Shown: positions 59,871-64,000 of the stretch, one piece after another
Layout of the letters: each line of letters opens with the position of its first letter
Position numbering within the stretch: the first letter of the stretch is position 1
From: Candidatus Shapirobacteria bacterium
GTDB taxonomy: Bacteria; Patescibacteriota; Microgenomatia; UBA12405
Length of the DNA: 64,000 nt
Direction: 5' to 3'
Assembly: GCA_016188545.1 (NCBI GenBank)
Contig: JACPHO010000001.1
Location: 355,324 to 419,323, forward strand
Notes under the pieces: model-generated
The model's input: only the letters and a program-made list of their open reading frames with translations
What the model was told of the DNA's origin: nothing
Database searches by the model: none
Position numbers and translations under genes: made by a program

Positions 59871-60458
59871 ATGGATCGTCAAAAATTTGCGGGTGCAGTC
59901 AAGTCAAATTTAGAAAATAACATTTACAATCACAGCTTATCACTCGAAGCTTGTATGTTTGGGCTCTACGATTATTTCAAATCAAATAATTTATTAGCTG
60001 ACACCGAGCCAACTCGAGAAGAATGGGGAATAGCAGGACTGATTCATGACATCGACTTTGCCGGTGATACCAAGGAATTGCACCCACTTCGTACCCGCGA
60101 AGTACTTGCCAAATACGGTCTGGAAATAAACAACACCGTCCAACAAATAATTTTATCTCACGACAAAAGACAGGGGATTTCAATGGACAGCAAAGCCAAG
60201 TGGTCCATCTATTGTGCCGATTCCCTCACTGGTCTAATTACCGCCGTTGCATTCGTTTATCCGGATCGCAAACTGGCCTCAGTCAAAGTTTCCTCCGTCC
60301 TAAAACGTTTTTTAAAAGAACCAAAGTTTGCGGCTGGCACCAGGCGCGACGAGGTTACCGAGTGCACCAACCCAGATGGTCTAAACCTACCTCTCGAAAA
60401 ATTCATCGAAATTTGTCTCACTTCAATGCAAAAAATCGCCACAGAAATCGGACTTTAA
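59871..60458 (+). CDS. HD-domain phosphohydrolase (HDIG-like)
   Basis: HSL, GLIHDID, ADSLTGLI, KFAAG. Confidence 0.88.
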   Translation: MDRQKFAGAVKSNLENNIYNHSLSLEACMFGLYDYFKSNNLLADTEPTREEWGIAGLIHDIDFAGDTKELHPLRTREVLAKYGLEINNTVQQIILSHDKRQGISMDSKAKWSIYCADSLTGLITAVAFVYPDRKLASVKVSSVLKRFLKEPKFAAGTRRDEVTECTNPDGLNLPLEKFIEICLTSMQKIATEIGL

Positions 60459-60686
60459 TATTATCTTCCTACATATTCACTATATACCACTTTGATATAT
60501 TTATATGTATTTAAATTTGCTCCAAATTTGCGGTAAAAAAACATTCCTTTTGTGCTAGAATATCTAATCAATGAAACGAATCTTTCGCACTTCTTTGGTA
60601 AGTTTTTCTTCATCTACTTTGGGGTGCTTTTGGCGTCTCCCCCACACCAACTGACGCCAGTTTTTACTTTTGAATTTAAATTAACT

Positions 60687-61952
60687 ATGTTAGATATAAA
60701 CCAAGTCAGGAAGGAACCTGACACTATCAAAAAAGCCCTCGTCGATCGTCAAAAAGATCCTGCAATATTAGATCAAGTAATTACCCAAGATTCTCAGTAT
60801 CGTCAGTTACTTTTAGAAGTTGAAGAACTACGTAGTCAGCAAAACACACTCTCAAAAACAATTAAAGGTAAGCCAACTGATGAACAGTTATCACAAGGCA
60901 AGGAAATTAAAGAAAAGCTGAGGGGCTTGGAAGACACTCTCGATACAACTCAGTCTGCCCTAAATTCTCTCCTCGAAGAGATACCTAATATCCCATCAGC
61001 CGATACCCCAGTTGGTAAAGACGACTCAGAAAATGTAGTAATTAAGACTTATAGAGAAAAACCAACATTTGATTTTCAGCCGCTAGATCACCAAGATCTC
61101 GGAGATAAACTAAATATTATCGACAAAGAGCATGCTAGTAAATTATCTGGGTCACGTTTTGGCTATTACAAAAATCAAGGTGCAATTCTAGAAATGGCAG
61201 TGATGTTTTACACCATGAAGAAAGTTTCTTCAATGGGTTTTAGCGCCATGCTTCCACCACTGATGGTCAAGTCAAAAACTGAGTGGGGTTGTGGTTATGC
61301 CAGCAATAAAAATTTATTTAATGCCTACTATTCTATTCCTGAAGATGATTTGGTTTTCATCAGTAGCTCAGAACACTCAGTAGTCCCTTTTCACTCCGAC
61401 GAAGTTCTCGACTCTAGTATCTTCCCTATAAAGTACGTCAACTTTACTCCCTGTTTTCGTCGTGAGTCAGGTACCTATGGAAAGGATATGAAGGGGATGC
61501 TCCGGGTACATCATTTCAACAAAGTCGAGATGAATGTATTTACACTACCAGACTATGAGATATCTGACCAAATGTGTCTTGATATGCTCGGCATCGAAGA
61601 AGGTATCTTGCAAGATTTCGGATTACATTATCAAATAGTCCAAGCTTGCACTGGAGATCTACCTCAACCTAACCGACGAATGTATGACATCAACGCCTGG
61701 TTTCCAGGTCTTGGTCAGTACAAAGAAACCGGCTCATGTAGTAACTGTGGTGACTACCAAGCCAGAAGGCTAAATACAAAAGTAAAAATCAATGGTAAAA
61801 ACGAATTTGTTCATATTCTCAACTCTACCGCCGTTTCAGATAGACCATTCCTAGCTATATTAGAAAACTTCCAGCAAAAAGATGGAAGTATTAAAATTCC
61901 CGAGGTTCTTTGGCCCTTAACCGGCTTTAAAGATATCGGCCCTACATTATAG
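60687..61952 (+). CDS. serS: serine--tRNA ligase
   Basis: MLDI start, CFRRESG, RVHHFNKVE, SCSNCGDYQARR. Confidence 0.96.
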   Translation: MLDINQVRKEPDTIKKALVDRQKDPAILDQVITQDSQYRQLLLEVEELRSQQNTLSKTIKGKPTDEQLSQGKEIKEKLRGLEDTLDTTQSALNSLLEEIPNIPSADTPVGKDDSENVVIKTYREKPTFDFQPLDHQDLGDKLNIIDKEHASKLSGSRFGYYKNQGAILEMAVMFYTMKKVSSMGFSAMLPPLMVKSKTEWGCGYASNKNLFNAYYSIPEDDLVFISSSEHSVVPFHSDEVLDSSIFPIKYVNFTPCFRRESGTYGKDMKGMLRVHHFNKVEMNVFTLPDYEISDQMCLDMLGIEEGILQDFGLHYQIVQACTGDLPQPNRRMYDINAWFPGLGQYKETGSCSNCGDYQARRLNTKVKINGKNEFVHILNSTAVSDRPFLAILENFQQKDGSIKIPEVLWPLTGFKDIGPTL

Positions 61953-61966
61953 AGGAGCCACTCTTT

Positions 61967-61997
61967 CCCCGGTCTATAGCTTGCTATAGCACCGGGG
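61967..61997. terminator. hairpin downstream of serS
   Basis: CCCCGGT-CTATAGC-TT-GCTATAG-C-ACCGGGG; lacks a clear T tract. Confidence 0.45.
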
Positions 61998-62058
61998 CCA
62001 GAGCATCTTTATCATCACTTTTATTAATGTTTATCTCTAGTTAAGCTATAATAGCCTC

Positions 62059-64000
62059 ATGCTCTCTTTTCTAAAAAATATCTTTGATGAAGATCGTCGT
62101 CGGATCAGTTCATTTAAGCCAATCATCCAGCAAATCAACAGTTTTGAAGCTGCAATTAAAGAACTCACTGACAAGGAGTTATCCGCAAAAACAGTCTATT
62201 TTAAGGAACAATTGTCAAATGGTAAAAAACTTAATGACATTCTTCCTGAGGCCTATGCTGTGTGCCGCGAAGCTATTAGTCGTACCATCGGTGAACGTGC
62301 CTATGATGTTCAATTAATGGCCGCAATTACTTTACACCAAGGTGCTATTGCTGAGCAGAGAACTGGAGAAGGTAAAACTCACTCAGTTATTTTTCCGGCA
62401 TATCTAAACGCTCTAACTGGGAAAGGAGTCCACGTAGTTACCCCAAATGATTACCTAACCCGTGTTGGTGCAGGTTGGTATCCCCAGGCTTTAAATCTAT
62501 TAGGTATTAGTACTGCTTGCATAGTTCATGAACAATCATTTATTCTAGATCCGACATTCACCGACGCGTCAGAAGACGTAGATGAACGTCTCGCCCATCT
62601 TCGACCTGTCTCACGTACTGAAGCTTATCAAGCTGACATTACCTACGGAACCAACAATGAATTTGGATTTGACTATCTTCGGGATCATATGGTTGGTAGT
62701 CAAACTGAAAAAGTCCAGCGTGACTACCATTATTTTGCCATAGTCGATGAGGTCGACTTTGTCCTTATCGACGAAGCCAGAACTCCTTTGATTATTTCGT
62801 CCCCAAACAATTCTCCAGTCGACAAGTACTACAAATTTGCCCAAATCGCCGATACATTGCAATCATCAGATTATGTCATCGAAGAAAAGTCACGTTCAGC
62901 TTCCTTATCTGAATTTGGCATCCGTAAAGTCGAAAAAATTCTCGGAGTCGGCAACCTTTACGAAGAATCTTTTGAAACTATTCATTTTATTGAAAATGCC
63001 ATTAAAGCTAGAGCAATTTTTCATAAAGATAAAGATTATGTCATCAAAGATGGCGAAATTATAATTGTTGATGAATTTACCGGCCGTCTGATGCCAGGTC
63101 GTCGTTGGTCTGATGGTTTGCATCAGGCAGTCGAAGCCAAAGAAAACGTTACCGTCCAAAAAGAATCCCAAACTTGGGCTACCATAACTTTCCAAAACTT
63201 TTTCCGTCTTTATGAAAAACTCGCCGGGATGACTGGAACCGCCGCTACTGAAGCTGAAGAGTTCAAAAAAATCTACAATCTCGATGTTATTACCATCCCC
63301 ACTTATCGGAATCTGCAACGTCTCGATGGTCACGACTATATTTTCAAAACCCAAAGAGCCAAATACGCTGCCATCGCCGCCACTGTCGAAAAACTACATC
63401 AATCAGGTCAACCAGTATTAATTGGAACCACCTCAATTGAGAAAAATGAAATCATCGCATCCTTGCTCCGTAAGAATGGAATTCCCTTCCAAATGCTCAA
63501 TGCCAAGAATCACCGTTCTGAAGCAGAGATAATTGCCAAGGCGGGTATCAAGGGTGCTGTCACAGTGGCCACCAATATGGCCGGAAGGGGAGTCGATATT
63601 ATTTTGGGTGGACCAAAAGCTACCACCAAAAACTGGCAAGCCGCCCATGACGAAGTCATCTCTCTTGGTGGACTCCATGTAATCGGCACCGAACGACACG
63701 AATCTCGTCGTATCGACAATCAGCTTCGTGGTCGCGCCGGTCGTCAAGGTGATCCTGGTTCATCCCAATTTTATGTGGCCCTCGACGATGATCTCATGAG
63801 AATCTTTGGAGGTGAAAAAATATCGTCCCTCATGACTAGATTCAATATGCCCGATGAAGAAGCCCTAACACATCCACTTGTATCTAGGGTGATCGAACAA
63901 ATCCAAGTAAAGGTCGAGGGCTACAACTTTGATGTTCGCAAGAACATTGTCGAATACGATGATGTCATCAACAAACAGCGTAAAATTATTTATAACCTCA
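62059..64000 (+). CDS. secA: preprotein translocase SecA (runs off the window end)
   Basis: Manual translation from ATG 62059: AYDVQL, RTGEGKT, VDEVD..LIDEARTPLIIS, ATNMAGRGVDI, HESRRIDNQLRGRAGRQGDPG. Confidence 0.96.
   Translation, partial: MLSFLKNIFDEDRRRISSFKPIIQQINSFEAAIKELTDKELSAKTVYFKEQLSNGKKLNDILPEAYAVCREAISRTIGERAYDVQLMAAITLHQGAIAEQRTGEGKTHSVIFPAYLNALTGKGVHVVTPNDYLTRVGAGWYPQALNLLGISTACIVHEQSFILDPTFTDASEDVDERLAHLRPVSRTEAYQADITYGTNNEFGFDYLRDHMVGSQTEKVQRDYHYFAIVDEVDFVLIDEARTPLIISSPNNSPVDKYYKFAQIADTLQSSDYVIEEKSRSASLSEFGIRKVEKILGVGNLYEESFETIHFIENAIKARAIFHKDKDYVIKDGEIIIVDEFTGRLMPGRRWSDGLHQAVEAKENVTVQKESQTWATITFQNFFRLYEKLAGMTGTAATEAEEFKKIYNLDVITIPTYRNLQRLDGHDYIFKTQRAKYAAIAATVEKLHQSGQPVLIGTTSIEKNEIIASLLRKNGIPFQMLNAKNHRSEAEIIAKAGIKGAVTVATNMAGRGVDIILGGPKATTKNWQAAHDEVISLGGLHVIGTERHESRRIDNQLRGRAGRQGDPGSSQFYVALDDDLMRIFGGEKISSLMTRFNMPDEEALTHPLVSRVIEQIQVKVEGYNFDVRKNIVEYDDVINKQRKIIYNL

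Noticed and set aside
62084-63747. Short ORFs listed in the last 2 kb
   Set aside because: Shadow frames of secA, which the track omitted because it has no stop inside the window.
1-64000. Stop-codon reassignment (code 25) or prophage
   Set aside because: Conserved genes read through in the standard code with TGA used as stop; no phage structural or replication genes recognised.

Overview
64 kb of a gene-dense, AT-rich bacterial chromosome, standard genetic code. Gene content and style (domain-trimmed enzymes, many apparently leaderless genes, archaeal-type TyrRS, dockerin and sortase proteins) suggest Patescibacteria/CPR, probably Microgenomates (inference). Housekeeping genes: trmD, pyk, murA, malic enzyme, dus, trxA, rlmN, obgE, mscL, era, lon, argS, ssb, ung, dprA-yraN-comM, uvrB/A/C, tyrS, greA, lysS, serS and a partial secA, plus three tRNAs (Gln-CTG, Glu-CTC, atypical Tyr-GTA) and two T-box leaders. 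Main finding: three minus-strand cassettes (about 12204-13188, 26232-27582, 27586-28916) share one RNA architecture despite unrelated payload genes. The order is 5' hairpin, boxA-like motif, a 9-10 nt segment that pairs (with covariation) to the sequence at the last stop codon, a long hairpin, 1-2 lipoprotein/membrane ORFs with AGGAGA Shine-Dalgarno sites, a GC-rich hairpin and a type III hammerhead ribozyme. Other notable items: a tRNA-Gln-adjacent island built from shuffled att-like repeats, a GIY-YIG gene between two copies of a tRNA 5' end, palindromic repeats inserted in frame in proteins, heptamer tracts linked to a four-helix-bundle gene, and a T-box/tRNA-Tyr/unknown ORF/YbaK-TyrRS operon. 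All calls were made by eye, without database searches.
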